From: an uncultured Leptospiraceae bacterium
GTDB lineage: Bacteria; Spirochaetota; UBA4802; JAGODF01
Direction: 5' to 3'
DNA length: 64,000 nt
NCBI GenBank assembly: GCA_964627815.1
Contig: CAZVKE010000002.1
Span: 272,123 to 336,122 of the forward strand
Part shown: positions 1 to 9,324 of the stretch, piece after piece
How the letters are laid out: every line of letters starts with the position of its first letter
How positions within the stretch are numbered: the first letter of the stretch is position 1
Notes under the pieces: model-generated
The model's input: the letters and a program-made list of their open reading frames with translations, nothing else
Databases searched by the model: none
What the model was told of the DNA's origin: nothing
Made by a program: the position numbers and the translations under genes

Positions 1-312
1 GATATAACCGTATGGTGATGTCTCTCGTGAGCGCTTGGCGGATTCGAAGTCACAGGATGCTGAAATGAGATAGATGACCGGAATGTCGAGTGTATGGTAA
101 ATTCCGGCGGCCGCGTCGATGCCGTCGGGCTGGCCCCCGAGCCCCATGTCGATCAGTATCAGGTCGGGTTTGCTGACGCGTGCCGATGCCAGGGCATCCG
201 CCCCGGATGTCACGATTTCAGTGGCCTCATATCCGCGCACCCCGAGCGTCCTCTTTAGCTCAAGGGCGTTCTCTCTGTCGTGTGCTACTATGAGAATACG
301 GGTCTGATTCAT
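1..312 (-). CDS. Response regulator receiver (CheY-like) domain protein, partial; C-terminus cut by the window edge
   Basis: The reverse complement from ATG at 312 reads MNQTRILIVAHDRENALELKRTLGVRGYEATEIVTSGADALASARVSKPDLILIDMGLGGQPDGIDAAAGIYHTLDIPVIYLIS..., which has receiver-domain acidic pocket and DxxxxD..K-type motifs. The ORF runs off the window start. Confidence 0.75.
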   Translation of the reverse strand, partial: MNQTRILIVAHDRENALELKRTLGVRGYEATEIVTSGADALASARVSKPDLILIDMGLGGQPDGIDAAAGIYHTLDIPVIYLISASCDFESAKRSRETSPYGYI

Positions 313-490
313 TCTGTTCGCGATGGTAAATCGCCTTTTGAGAAATGACGGTATGGGACTGATGATACGCAGAAAATCTATTTCGTCAATACTTTTGTGG
401 GAATCTGGCCTTTTCCGCACTGATCGTCGTAATGTAATTAAGGCCTGAAATATATTGGACATCCACAGGGGTTTCTATTACTGGTGCTGT

Positions 491-1051
491 ATGGATATAC
501 TTTCTGTCATTGTCATCGCCATTGCCCTTGCAATGGACGCCTTTTCCGTTTCGATATCGGCCGGAATGGCGATAGGCCGGCCGACCTTCAGGCACTATTT
601 CCGTCTCTCGTTCCATTTCGGGCTCTTTCAGTTCATGATGCCGGTGATCGGCTACTTCGCCGGCATGCACGTTGAAAAATATATCGAGCATTACGATCAC
701 TGGGTCGCGTTCGGCCTGCTTGTGTTTATCGGCGTACGGATGATCGCGGGAGCGTTTTCGGGCGAGGAAGAGATCGGAGATCGGGACCCGTCGAAAGGCA
801 TGTCGCTTGTCGTGCTCTCGGTGGCCACGAGCATCGATGCGCTTGCGGTCGGCCTTTCGATCGGCGTGCTTAACCGTCCCATCCTGATGCCCAGCGTCAT
901 AATCGGCGTCGTCTGCGCGCTCTTTTCGGCCGCGGGCGTTTTTATCGGAAAAAAAGCGAAATCGATCGCGGGCCGTCGGGCCGAGGCCGTCGGGGGGATA
1001 ATGCTTGTCCTGATCGGGCTGAAAATTCTTGTGGAGCACCTTCGCCCGTAA
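491..1051 (+). CDS. mntP: Manganese efflux pump MntP (DUF204 family)
   Basis: MDILSVIVIAIALAMDAFSVSISAGMA... has the two internally repeated MDAF/IDAL halves typical of the MntP/YebN family. The start is taken at the internal Met at 491 rather than the ORF-track start at 455. Confidence 0.8.
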   Translation: MDILSVIVIAIALAMDAFSVSISAGMAIGRPTFRHYFRLSFHFGLFQFMMPVIGYFAGMHVEKYIEHYDHWVAFGLLVFIGVRMIAGAFSGEEEIGDRDPSKGMSLVVLSVATSIDALAVGLSIGVLNRPILMPSVIIGVVCALFSAAGVFIGKKAKSIAGRRAEAVGGIMLVLIGLKILVEHLRP

Positions 1052-1061
1052 GCGCATTGCC

Positions 1062-2636
1062 TCAAACGCTGTTCCGGGCGCTTTCAAGGATGTTTTTCGC
1101 GTTTTCCGCGATCCGCTTCGAGGCTTCAGCAAGCCGGTTGATTCCCGTCACCATCTCTGCCATCATCTCGTTGACGTGGTCGACCCCTTTCGACGTCGAT
1201 TCAATGGCGTTTTTCTGCTCTTCCGCGGCGGAATCCGCGTTTTTTGCCAGCTCGATATTGTAATTCGTCTTCGTCGTGATCTCGCGTATGACCTTTTCCT
1301 CTTTCAGGATGTTCTCGTTCAGGATCGAGATTTTCTGTGAGGCGCTCTCGACGCGGTGGATCATCGCTTTGATGCTTTCGGAAGCGTCATTGATGACATT
1401 GACGCCTTCATCGGTCGTGTTCATGTTGAGCGAAAGCACCCGCTCGATCTCTTTAATGCTGTCCGATGTCTGGGTCGCGAGCTTGCCTATCTCATCGGCG
1501 ACGACGGCGAACCCGCGCCCGTGCTCGCCCGCGCGGGCGGCCTCGATCGATGCGTTGAGCGAGAGAAGGTTTATCCGGTCGGCGATGTCTACGATGATGG
1601 CGATGGTTTCCCTGATCGCGTTGCTCTGGTTCTTTATGGCGTCGATGGTCCTCTCCACCAGCTCGACTTTTTCGCTGTTGGCGCTGGTGTTGGTGACGAG
1701 AATATCCATCTCGGACAGTGCGCTTTCGAGTTTCTCCTTGGTGTCGCTTTTTATCGTCTGGAAGTCCTTCAGGTTGTCGTCGACCTCGCGGCTTGCCATG
1801 ACCTGGGTGCGCGCGGTGCCGGATATATTTTCCGACGAGGCGAGCATCTCGGTGAGCGTGGCCGATATCTCTTCAAACGTCGACGCCTGGTTCTGGACTT
1901 TTTCGCTGAAATCCCCGACGACCCTGTTCTGCGCGTCAAGCTCCTCGAAAAGCTCGCTGAGCTGCTCCCGTATCCCGGCGGCGGCCTTTTTCACGTTGTT
2001 GGCGTTTTTGACGACCAGATCGTGCTGCTCCGTGGCGATCCGGCCGAATTCCTCGATCGTTGGAATGTGGCGGTATGATATGAGCGATATTATCCCCATC
2101 AGGAATATGAAATACAGTTCGCGCAGCAGCATCACGCCGTGATAGACCTGGCCGTCCTTGAAAGTGTACATGTATATTTCGACACCGTGCCGGTGCGCGA
2201 GATAGAGGAACGCCAGCCAGTTGAGGAAGAGCAAGAGGGCGAAGACGATATAGATTTTTTTATCGTAGAAGAACTGGAGGAGCAGGAGCGAAGTGACCGC
2301 GATCGCCGAAACGTGGTAGCATTCGGTCGCGTAGGTCCAGTCGATTTTGAGCGCGTAACTGTATTTCGCGACCATGGCTACGGTCACTGAAAGGAACGCC
2401 ACGACCCATGAGGCAAACGTGGCCTCCCGTCTTTTCTTTTTCCTGATATAGATGTACAAAGAGAGGGAGAGGATAACGATGTTTACGATTGTTGGCGGAA
2501 TGATGGTCTGCAGGTGCTGTCCGGCCAGGACCTGGAAGAGTAAGGCAAAAACCGCGAGCGTGAGAAAAAAAACCAGGTAATACCGGCTTCCCTTGATCTC
2601 GAGGCTCTCCCTTGCCGTGAGTATTTCCGATCCCAT
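1062..2636 (-). CDS. Methyl-accepting chemotaxis protein, polytopic membrane N-terminus
   Basis: The C-terminal half carries a canonical MCP signalling domain ([42 protein letters not shown]). The N-terminus has about 6 predicted TM helices. Confidence 0.85.
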   Translation of the reverse strand: MGSEILTARESLEIKGSRYYLVFFLTLAVFALLFQVLAGQHLQTIIPPTIVNIVILSLSLYIYIRKKKRREATFASWVVAFLSVTVAMVAKYSYALKIDWTYATECYHVSAIAVTSLLLLQFFYDKKIYIVFALLLFLNWLAFLYLAHRHGVEIYMYTFKDGQVYHGVMLLRELYFIFLMGIISLISYRHIPTIEEFGRIATEQHDLVVKNANNVKKAAAGIREQLSELFEELDAQNRVVGDFSEKVQNQASTFEEISATLTEMLASSENISGTARTQVMASREVDDNLKDFQTIKSDTKEKLESALSEMDILVTNTSANSEKVELVERTIDAIKNQSNAIRETIAIIVDIADRINLLSLNASIEAARAGEHGRGFAVVADEIGKLATQTSDSIKEIERVLSLNMNTTDEGVNVINDASESIKAMIHRVESASQKISILNENILKEEKVIREITTKTNYNIELAKNADSAAEEQKNAIESTSKGVDHVNEMMAEMVTGINRLAEASKRIAENAKNILESARNSV

Positions 2637-2804
2637 CGTGGTCTCCTCTGGTTTTAGCTTTTACTGGCATAGTATACATTATATAATTCACCGGTAAATA
2701 AAAAAAAGCATCGTACCGTGTGTGCTATTGGAGCGGTGGGGATAGCGGCAGCGCGGGCTAAAGGTCTTTCATGGCGATCGTGCTGCAGGCCGGATACACC
2801 GGCC

Positions 2805-3737
2805 CTACGGAGGGCAGTTCGCGCACACCGACCGGAAAAGCGTGGTCGAGAGGTAGCGGTCGCCCCTGTCGGGCAGAATGGTCACGACCGTGCCCGAGCC
2901 GAGCTCACGGGCGATGCGAAGCGCCCCGACCACCGCCGCGCCGCTCGACATGCCGCAGAAAATTCCTTCGTGCTGGGCGAGGGTGCGCGCCATATCAAAC
3001 GCCTCCTCGTCATATACCGTCAGCATGCCGTCAAGCGCCGAAGGATTAAAGATTCGCGGCACGATCGCCTCGCGCATGTTTTTCAGCCCCTGTATGCTGT
3101 GCCCGAGTGTTGGTTCGATGCCGTAGCATTTTATGCCGGAGCTGTGCTCTTTCAGTCTTCTCGTTACGCCCATGAGCGTTCCCGTTGTTCCGATGCCCGC
3201 AACAAACGCCTGGAGATCGCCGCCGGTCTGCCTCACTATTTCCTCGCCAGTGGTTTCATAATGCGCGAGAATGTTGGCTGGATTGGAAAACTGGTCCGGC
3301 ATGTAATAGAGGTCGGGATTTTCCGCAAGCAGCTCCCGTGCGCGGATTATCGCTCCATCGGTCATCCTGCATCCTTCGGTGATTACGCAGTCCGCGCCGA
3401 ACGCCTCGAGCGTTCTTCTTCGCTCAAGGCTCACGCAGTCGGGCATGCAGAGCTTCACTTTTATTCCCAGGGCTGCGCCCACCATGGCAAGCCCGATGCC
3501 GGTGTTGCCGCTTGTCGGTTCAAGTATCGTCCTGCCGGGCGCGAGCTCTCCCGATTCGATGGCATTCTTGATCATGTACCAGGCCGTTCGGTCCTTGACC
3601 GATCCCCCGGGATTGGATCCTTCGAGTTTAACGAGCACGCGTGCCGATCCTTCGGGGACGATATGGTGCAGTTCAACCAGCGGAGTGTTGCCTATCGAGT
3701 TTAAAAGTCCAATGGTGCGAATCCGGTTTTTTAACAT
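2805..3737 (-). CDS. cysK: Cysteine synthase (O-acetylserine sulfhydrylase), PLP-dependent
   Basis: MLKNRIRTIGLLNSIGNTPLVEL..KLEGSNPGGSVKDR..SGNTGIGLA... are tryptophan-synthase-beta-superfamily / CysK motifs. The start is taken at the internal Met (ATG complement at 3735–3737). Confidence 0.85.
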   Translation of the reverse strand: MLKNRIRTIGLLNSIGNTPLVELHHIVPEGSARVLVKLEGSNPGGSVKDRTAWYMIKNAIESGELAPGRTILEPTSGNTGIGLAMVGAALGIKVKLCMPDCVSLERRRTLEAFGADCVITEGCRMTDGAIIRARELLAENPDLYYMPDQFSNPANILAHYETTGEEIVRQTGGDLQAFVAGIGTTGTLMGVTRRLKEHSSGIKCYGIEPTLGHSIQGLKNMREAIVPRIFNPSALDGMLTVYDEEAFDMARTLAQHEGIFCGMSSGAAVVGALRIARELGSGTVVTILPDRGDRYLSTTLFRSVCANCPP

Positions 3738-4010
3738 GTCAGTGCGATGGTATCCGATTAAAATATAAAATCTATTCTGTCTATTGGAAAACAATTTTTC
3801 CGCAATTCACGAATGAGAGTGCCCGATCCCTCTGTTTATGTCAATATCTTTCCCGCCGCTCCTGCGCCTGGCGTTTCGCCGAAACGGTTCTCTATACAGT
3901 ATACCGGGATTTCATGAATATTCATGGTTTTATGGCATTCCGATCAGCTTTTTATCGGGCACAGGGCATAATTATTGACAAAAGAAACCGGTGCGGTGTA
4001 TTTTAAAAAT

Positions 4011-4748
4011 ATGAACAGGCCCTTTGCGATAATTGTTCTTCTGATTTCTGTTTCCTGCTCACAGGTGTGGGAAAATCCTGTTATTGAGTCATTTTCGCTG
4101 GTGAGGAATTCATCGAGTGAAAACTCCTCATTTTATCCGACCCCCGATACCATAGGCGTCAAGCTGACGATAGTTGACAATGATAACGACCTGAAGAAAA
4201 TCGTAATGAAAAAATATCAGGATGCCGGTTCCGGATTTGCCTCCGCCACGCTTTTATCCTCCACCGATATAGCGATCACGGGCAGCGGGCCGGTGACCTA
4301 CCAGAACTACACCTATGATACCGCGGCGGTTCTCGGGAAATATTATTATGAAGCCGTTCCCGTAGACGATAAGGGAAATTCCGGAGTGTCGAAAGTGATG
4401 CAGGCGAACGTGATCGTGGTGCCCGCAATAAGTCCCGCTCCGGCATCACTTGCCTTCGGGAATCAGGCGGCCGGAACAAGCTCGAGTCCTTCCACCATAA
4501 CGATAACAAACACGTCTGCCAGCATCGTAAGGATCAGCGCCATCACCATTACGGGAACCAACGCGTCGGATTTCGAGATTGATTCCGATTCGCTTTCCAG
4601 CACCACGCTCGCGGCCGCCACAAGCAATACGATCGATATCGTTTTTTCTCCCGCAACCGCGGGCGCGAAAACGGCCACGCTGAATATCCCCTACGGCCAT
4701 TTCGATATCCCCTACCTGCAGATTACACTGACCGGTACCGGCCTGTAA
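4011..4748 (+). CDS. Putative lipoprotein with Ser/Thr-rich beta-sandwich (choice-of-anchor/Ig-like) domain
   Basis: MNRPFAIIVLLISVSC has a lipobox; the C-terminal region ASLAFGNQAAGTSSSPSTITITNTSAS...DFEIDSDSLS is typical of spirochaete surface lipoproteins. No specific family recognised. Confidence 0.6.
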   Translation: MNRPFAIIVLLISVSCSQVWENPVIESFSLVRNSSSENSSFYPTPDTIGVKLTIVDNDNDLKKIVMKKYQDAGSGFASATLLSSTDIAITGSGPVTYQNYTYDTAAVLGKYYYEAVPVDDKGNSGVSKVMQANVIVVPAISPAPASLAFGNQAAGTSSSPSTITITNTSASIVRISAITITGTNASDFEIDSDSLSSTTLAAATSNTIDIVFSPATAGAKTATLNIPYGHFDIPYLQITLTGTGL

Positions 4749-4945
4749 TATTCTGTTATCCCCTGTGCCATGTGCTTTCTGACAGAGGCGGAATGTATAT
4801 ATATATTCACGCATGGGTTCCCGAAACATCATGTCTGCAATGGGAGCTGATTATGTCTTGACATTATCGGTTTTGCGGGGTAATCATGGTTTGATGCCCA
4901 TACTCATCGAAATGATGGTATTCGCGCCCGCGGGAAACGGATAGT

Positions 4946-7900
4946 ATGTTTAACAGGAAAGCACGGTCAGCAATCTTGATTGTCATCTCTTTGCCGCTGT
5001 TTTTTTCCTCCGGCTGCGGCAAATCCTCGAAAGACCTCCCTCTCGTGAAAAATGGAACAATCGATCTGCGCACATGGAATTTCGAAAAACGGGGGCCGAT
5101 AAATCTTCGCGGCATATGGAAATTCCGATGGATGGAAGACCGGCCCGGGTTCGCCGCGCCTGGATACGATGACTCGGCATGGGCGTCACTCGGTGTCAGG
5201 GGATACTGGAACCCGATTACCGGGGAGGGCGATGGATACGGCTGGTACCGGTCCCGTATCCTGCTCGGAGATGAGGGACCCTGGCGTCACGGGAAGCCGC
5301 TCGGCATTGAAGTGGAGTTCATTCAGTCGGCGTATGAGCTTTATGTGGACGGGAAGCTTGTGGCCGGGGCGGGCAAATTCGCGACAGATAAACTCCACGC
5401 GCGTCCGCAGATAATTCCCCGCATCGCGATGATAGATCTCCCCGAAGGCTCGCGTGAGATTGTCGTTGCCGTGCGCAACTGTAATTTTTCTCATCGCGCC
5501 GGCGGGCCGTATTATATCCCGAGAATCGGGTTGTATGATGACCTGAAGCAGAGACGGTTTTACCGGGATTTTCTCAACCTTATAATGCTCGGTATTCTCC
5601 TGATGATGGGGCTTTATCATCTCCTGCTCTGGGCGGGAAGGATTGAAGACAGGGCAAGCCTCTTTTTTACCGCGGGTTGTTGTATCATTTTTTTACGGCT
5701 TCTTGCGACGCAGAGTTATCTCGAACTTCTTTTCCCTGACGCTTCTCTGTACGAAGTTCGGTTTAAAATCGTGTATCTCAGCATGCCCGCCGGATGGCTG
5801 AGCTTCATATTTTTTTTCCGGGAGCTGTTCAGGGAGGAGTTCAGGCCGAATGTTCTCAGGTTTTTCGTCGGTTCAGGGCTCCTGCTCATCGCGGTCACCC
5901 TGCTGTTGCCGTGCAGGATATATTCCCATTTTTCCATCATATACGAAGTGCTTCTGCTCGCTTCCGGCGTGTGGATGTTCGCCGTCATGCTTGTCGCCGC
6001 GGCGCGCAGGAGGACATGGGCGCTCTATATGGTGCCGGGATTTTTTCTCCTGTTTGCCACGGGCCTCAACGACCTCCTCGCGGTAAAGCTCGTCATTCAT
6101 ACTCCCGAAATCGCGCCGATCGGACTCGTCGGCCTTATATTCTTCCAGGCGGCGGTGCTGTCAAAGCGTTTCGCGCACGCGTTCCGGACGGCGGAACACC
6201 TGTCGAAAAACCTTCAGGCGGAGGTGGAATCCAAAACACGTGAACTGGTTGAGCAGACGGACCGTGCGCTTGAGGCGAAAAAGGAAGCGGAAATGTCGAA
6301 AAAGGAACTTGAGGCAGGCAACGCGAAGCTTCGAGAGGTCGATCGTTTCAAAACCGTGTTTTACCAGAACATTACGCATGAGTTCAGAACGCCGCTGACG
6401 CTGATCATCGGTTCGCTTGAAAATATAACAACGGGAACGCACGGCGTGAATTCTGAAGAGGCCCTCCGCCAGCTCGGAGTTGCGCTGCATAACGCGCGGC
6501 GCCTTCTCCACCTTATCAATCAGCTGCTTGACGTGTCAAGGATGGAGGAGGGAAAAGAGGAGCTCATGCTTGAGCGGTTTGACATCGTGAAAGTGCTGCG
6601 GGACGTGTCGTCTTCGTTTGAACCGGTTGCCCGCAGGAAAAATATCGATTACGCCTATCACAGCGATGTCGAGCTTCTTTATATCACGGCTGATCTTGAG
6701 AAGATAGAAAAAGTTTTTTATAACCTTCTTTCAAACGCGTTCAAGTTTACGCCCGATGGCGGCGCGATAAACATGGTTCTTGCCCTTTCGGGCGATCGGG
6801 TGGAGGTCAAAATACGCGATACGGGAATCGGTATCCGCGAGACCGATATCGGTAATATATTTGAACGGTTTTATCAGGAGGACGCGACGGCGACGCGGCG
6901 GCACGAGGGGAGCGGCATCGGCCTCGCTCTGGTCAGGGAGTATGTCCGGCTCCACAACGGCACGGTGCATGCGTGGAGCGTGAAAGGCAGCGGGTCGGAA
7001 TTCGTTGTGGCGCTTCCGGTCGGCCTTCAGGAACCGCGGGAGATGTCCGCAGCGGCGGATGAGGGCGCGGACAGGGCCGATTCCGCGTATGCCCCTCTGG
7101 GCGATCTTTACGTCGCGGGGCTTCTTCACGCGGAGACTAAAGAGAGCAGGGGCGCCGATGGCGGCGTGACCGGCCGTCAGGGGGCGGATACAATCCTTGT
7201 CGTCGATGACAACGCGGACATGCGGCACTATATATCCGGAATCCTTAAAGACCGATACAGGATATGCACGGCATCTGACGGAAAAGAGGCGCTTGAAAAA
7301 ATACGGGAAATCGGACCTTCTCTTGTGGTAAGCGATGTTATGATGCCTGAAATGGACGGGATTGAGATGCTTCACGCCCTGAGGTCGGGAAAGGAAACAC
7401 GCGGGCTTCCGGTGATCCTTATCACGGCGCGCGCGACCGAGGAAAGCAAGGTCGCCTCGCTTGAGGGCGGCGCCGATGACTATATCTCGAAACCGTTTAA
7501 CGCCCGGGAGCTTCTCGCAAGAGTCGGCAATATCCTGAAGATGAAGGCCCAGGAAAAAGACCTGCTCGCCGCCTATGAAAAGCTGAACATGGCTTACACC
7601 GGCATTAAAAACGATCTCGGGCTTGCCAGAGCCATTCAGGAAAAACTGTTCCCGACACAGATCGAGCCGATACGGGGAATGCGGTTCGAGGTCCGTTATG
7701 TCCCTCTTATCGAGGTGGGGGGTGATATTTATGATATCTGTGAAACCGATAACGGAATCGTGCGCATATTTCTCTCCGACGCGACGGGCCACGGTGTAAG
7801 CGCGTCACTTATCACCATGCTCATAAAAGGCGAATATGACATGATCAAGCATACATCTTCAGGCCCGCTCGAGATCATACACCGCCTCAACGAAGTCTTT

Positions 7901-8317
7901 TTTTCCACATACCGCTCGGTTGTAACGTTTTTCACCGGCATTGTGGTGGATATAGACGTGGCAGCAGGCAGGATAACCTATTCATCGGCCGGGCACCCGG
8001 GGCAGTTTCTGGTGCACGCCGGCAAGATCGTGGAGATGGTCACCACCGGAAGGGCTGTCGGGCTCGGCGAGCGGACGAACTGTCATGAGGAGCGGATGCC
8101 GTATCAGGCGGGTGATAAACTCCTTCTTTTTACCGACGGACTCTGTGAGGAGATAAATGGCGCCAATGAGCTGTTCGGGGAAGAAAGGATCGGGGCGGCT
8201 GTTGCGCGCAACATCGCCTCTCCGGTTGAAAAAATCGTGGAAGCCCTTTTTGAAGAGGTGTGCGAATTTACCGGCGACCGCTTCCGGGACGACATCACCA
8301 TCATCGGCATTGAGTAA
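4946..8317 (+). CDS. 7TMR-DISM sensor fused to histidine kinase, receiver domain and SpoIIE/RsbU-type PP2C phosphatase
   Basis: N-terminal signal/periplasmic domain, then a 7-TM block (res ~200–400), coiled coil, HisKA (NITHEFRTPLTLIIGSLE) and HATPase_c (GSGIGLALVREYV). Next comes REC (ILVVDDNADMRHYI...VSDVMMPEMDG...ADDYISKPF), then PP2C motifs (GGDIYD, DATGHGVSAS, FTDGL, DDITIIGIE). Confidence 0.85.
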   Translation: MFNRKARSAILIVISLPLFFSSGCGKSSKDLPLVKNGTIDLRTWNFEKRGPINLRGIWKFRWMEDRPGFAAPGYDDSAWASLGVRGYWNPITGEGDGYGWYRSRILLGDEGPWRHGKPLGIEVEFIQSAYELYVDGKLVAGAGKFATDKLHARPQIIPRIAMIDLPEGSREIVVAVRNCNFSHRAGGPYYIPRIGLYDDLKQRRFYRDFLNLIMLGILLMMGLYHLLLWAGRIEDRASLFFTAGCCIIFLRLLATQSYLELLFPDASLYEVRFKIVYLSMPAGWLSFIFFFRELFREEFRPNVLRFFVGSGLLLIAVTLLLPCRIYSHFSIIYEVLLLASGVWMFAVMLVAAARRRTWALYMVPGFFLLFATGLNDLLAVKLVIHTPEIAPIGLVGLIFFQAAVLSKRFAHAFRTAEHLSKNLQAEVESKTRELVEQTDRALEAKKEAEMSKKELEAGNAKLREVDRFKTVFYQNITHEFRTPLTLIIGSLENITTGTHGVNSEEALRQLGVALHNARRLLHLINQLLDVSRMEEGKEELMLERFDIVKVLRDVSSSFEPVARRKNIDYAYHSDVELLYITADLEKIEKVFYNLLSNAFKFTPDGGAINMVLALSGDRVEVKIRDTGIGIRETDIGNIFERFYQEDATATRRHEGSGIGLALVREYVRLHNGTVHAWSVKGSGSEFVVALPVGLQEPREMSAAADEGADRADSAYAPLGDLYVAGLLHAETKESRGADGGVTGRQGADTILVVDDNADMRHYISGILKDRYRICTASDGKEALEKIREIGPSLVVSDVMMPEMDGIEMLHALRSGKETRGLPVILITARATEESKVASLEGGADDYISKPFNARELLARVGNILKMKAQEKDLLAAYEKLNMAYTGIKNDLGLARAIQEKLFPTQIEPIRGMRFEVRYVPLIEVGGDIYDICETDNGIVRIFLSDATGHGVSASLITMLIKGEYDMIKHTSSGPLEIIHRLNEVFFSTYRSVVTFFTGIVVDIDVAAGRITYSSAGHPGQFLVHAGKIVEMVTTGRAVGLGERTNCHEERMPYQAGDKLLLFTDGLCEEINGANELFGEERIGAAVARNIASPVEKIVEALFEEVCEFTGDRFRDDITIIGIE

Positions 8318-8367
8318 GGAGTATCAGATTCGCAGTGGTTGAGCGGTTCCGGATAAGGCCGTTCCTG

Positions 8368-9231
8368 CTATTCGTCGATCCGTGAGGCCGTGGCATTGTC
8401 GCGGACCGCGCGCCACGGGAACTGTTCGCTGATTCCTTTGCGGAAATATTCACGCGATGTAACCGTGCCTTCAATTGCGTTTTCCTTCAGCCTGCCGTCA
8501 AACGCGAGGGCCGCGTCGCGCCCCGCGATTTTTTTTGAGATCGAAAAGCGGATCCGACCTCCGGTCACCTGCGCGTCCTGAACGGGGAATGGCGTGCCGA
8601 TCGTTATCTCGCCCCTGCATTTCTGGAAACGCTGCTGAATGCGCAGCGAATAGTCATTGTCGCCGATCCTGCCGCTCCATGAGCCCGAGAAATTCGCCGG
8701 CAGCACCCAGAAATACACGATGCGTTTGCCGATCACCGAGGTTTTATCGGGCTGCCATCTGCCCATCGTCCAGTTGTGGGACAGTATGCGCGTTCCCGGC
8801 TTCAGTTCATGGAAGAGTTTGGGGCGAAGCTTCGCGTTGATCTTTTCGTTCAGGTAGAGCGCGACGATGGTCGCCGGGCTTATATCCGTCGTAAAAAGGT
8901 TCTGCTGAAGAAAAGAAACTTTGTCTTCGACGCCGGCCTTTTTCGCGTTGGCGATGCTCTGTTCTATCCTTTTCGGGTCGATATCGATGCCCACCCCTCG
9001 GGTGCCGAATGTCCTGGCCGCGGTGATCACGATCCGCCCGTCTCCGCATCCGAGATCGTAGAGGATGTCCTGGTCGGTCGGCCTGGCATATTCGAACATC
9101 CGCGTCATGAGTTCGTCGGGAGTCGGTCCCCAGCGCACATCCAGCGCGACTTTTTTCTCTTCGGCGTGAAGCGGGTTTGCGACAGCGCAAGCGAGCGCCG
9201 CTGTCAGTATCATCAACGTGAATCGGCCCAT
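8368..9231 (-). CDS. Class I SAM-dependent methyltransferase with N-terminal signal peptide or membrane anchor
   Basis: MGRFTLMILTAALACAVANPLHA is a signal-like N-terminus. LYDLGCGDGRIVITAA is SAM-binding motif I, followed by a conserved acidic motif II. Confidence 0.7.
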   Translation of the reverse strand: MGRFTLMILTAALACAVANPLHAEEKKVALDVRWGPTPDELMTRMFEYARPTDQDILYDLGCGDGRIVITAARTFGTRGVGIDIDPKRIEQSIANAKKAGVEDKVSFLQQNLFTTDISPATIVALYLNEKINAKLRPKLFHELKPGTRILSHNWTMGRWQPDKTSVIGKRIVYFWVLPANFSGSWSGRIGDNDYSLRIQQRFQKCRGEITIGTPFPVQDAQVTGGRIRFSISKKIAGRDAALAFDGRLKENAIEGTVTSREYFRKGISEQFPWRAVRDNATASRIDE

Positions 9232-9324
9232 GGTTTTTTCCCTTTTCTGGTATCCCGCCGGCGCGCGGCGGTACCCGAGGTATTACTGAGAGGCGCGCAA
9301 AATGTCAACAAGATTACCGGGCGG

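Noticed and set aside
313-490. Possible yybP-ykoY manganese riboswitch upstream of mntP
   Set aside because: mntP is a classic target of this riboswitch. I could not find the conserved GGGGAGUAG / UUUGUCA...GAGAC-like elements by eye in the 180-nt leader. Infernal would settle it.
386-1132. 248-aa minus-strand ORF overlapping mntP
   Set aside because: It is antisense to MntP, whose duplicated MDAF/IDAL halves are clear. It has no support.
2718-3704. 328-aa plus-strand ORF overlapping cysK
   Set aside because: It is opposite a canonical PLP-enzyme gene. Its translation is Arg/Ala/His-rich with no domain, so it is an artefact.
6731-7792. 353-aa ORF on the minus strand inside the 7TMR-DISM kinase gene
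   Set aside because: It is antisense to a well-supported multi-domain gene. It has no recognisable motifs and an Arg/His-rich composition typical of wrong-frame translation of high-GC DNA.
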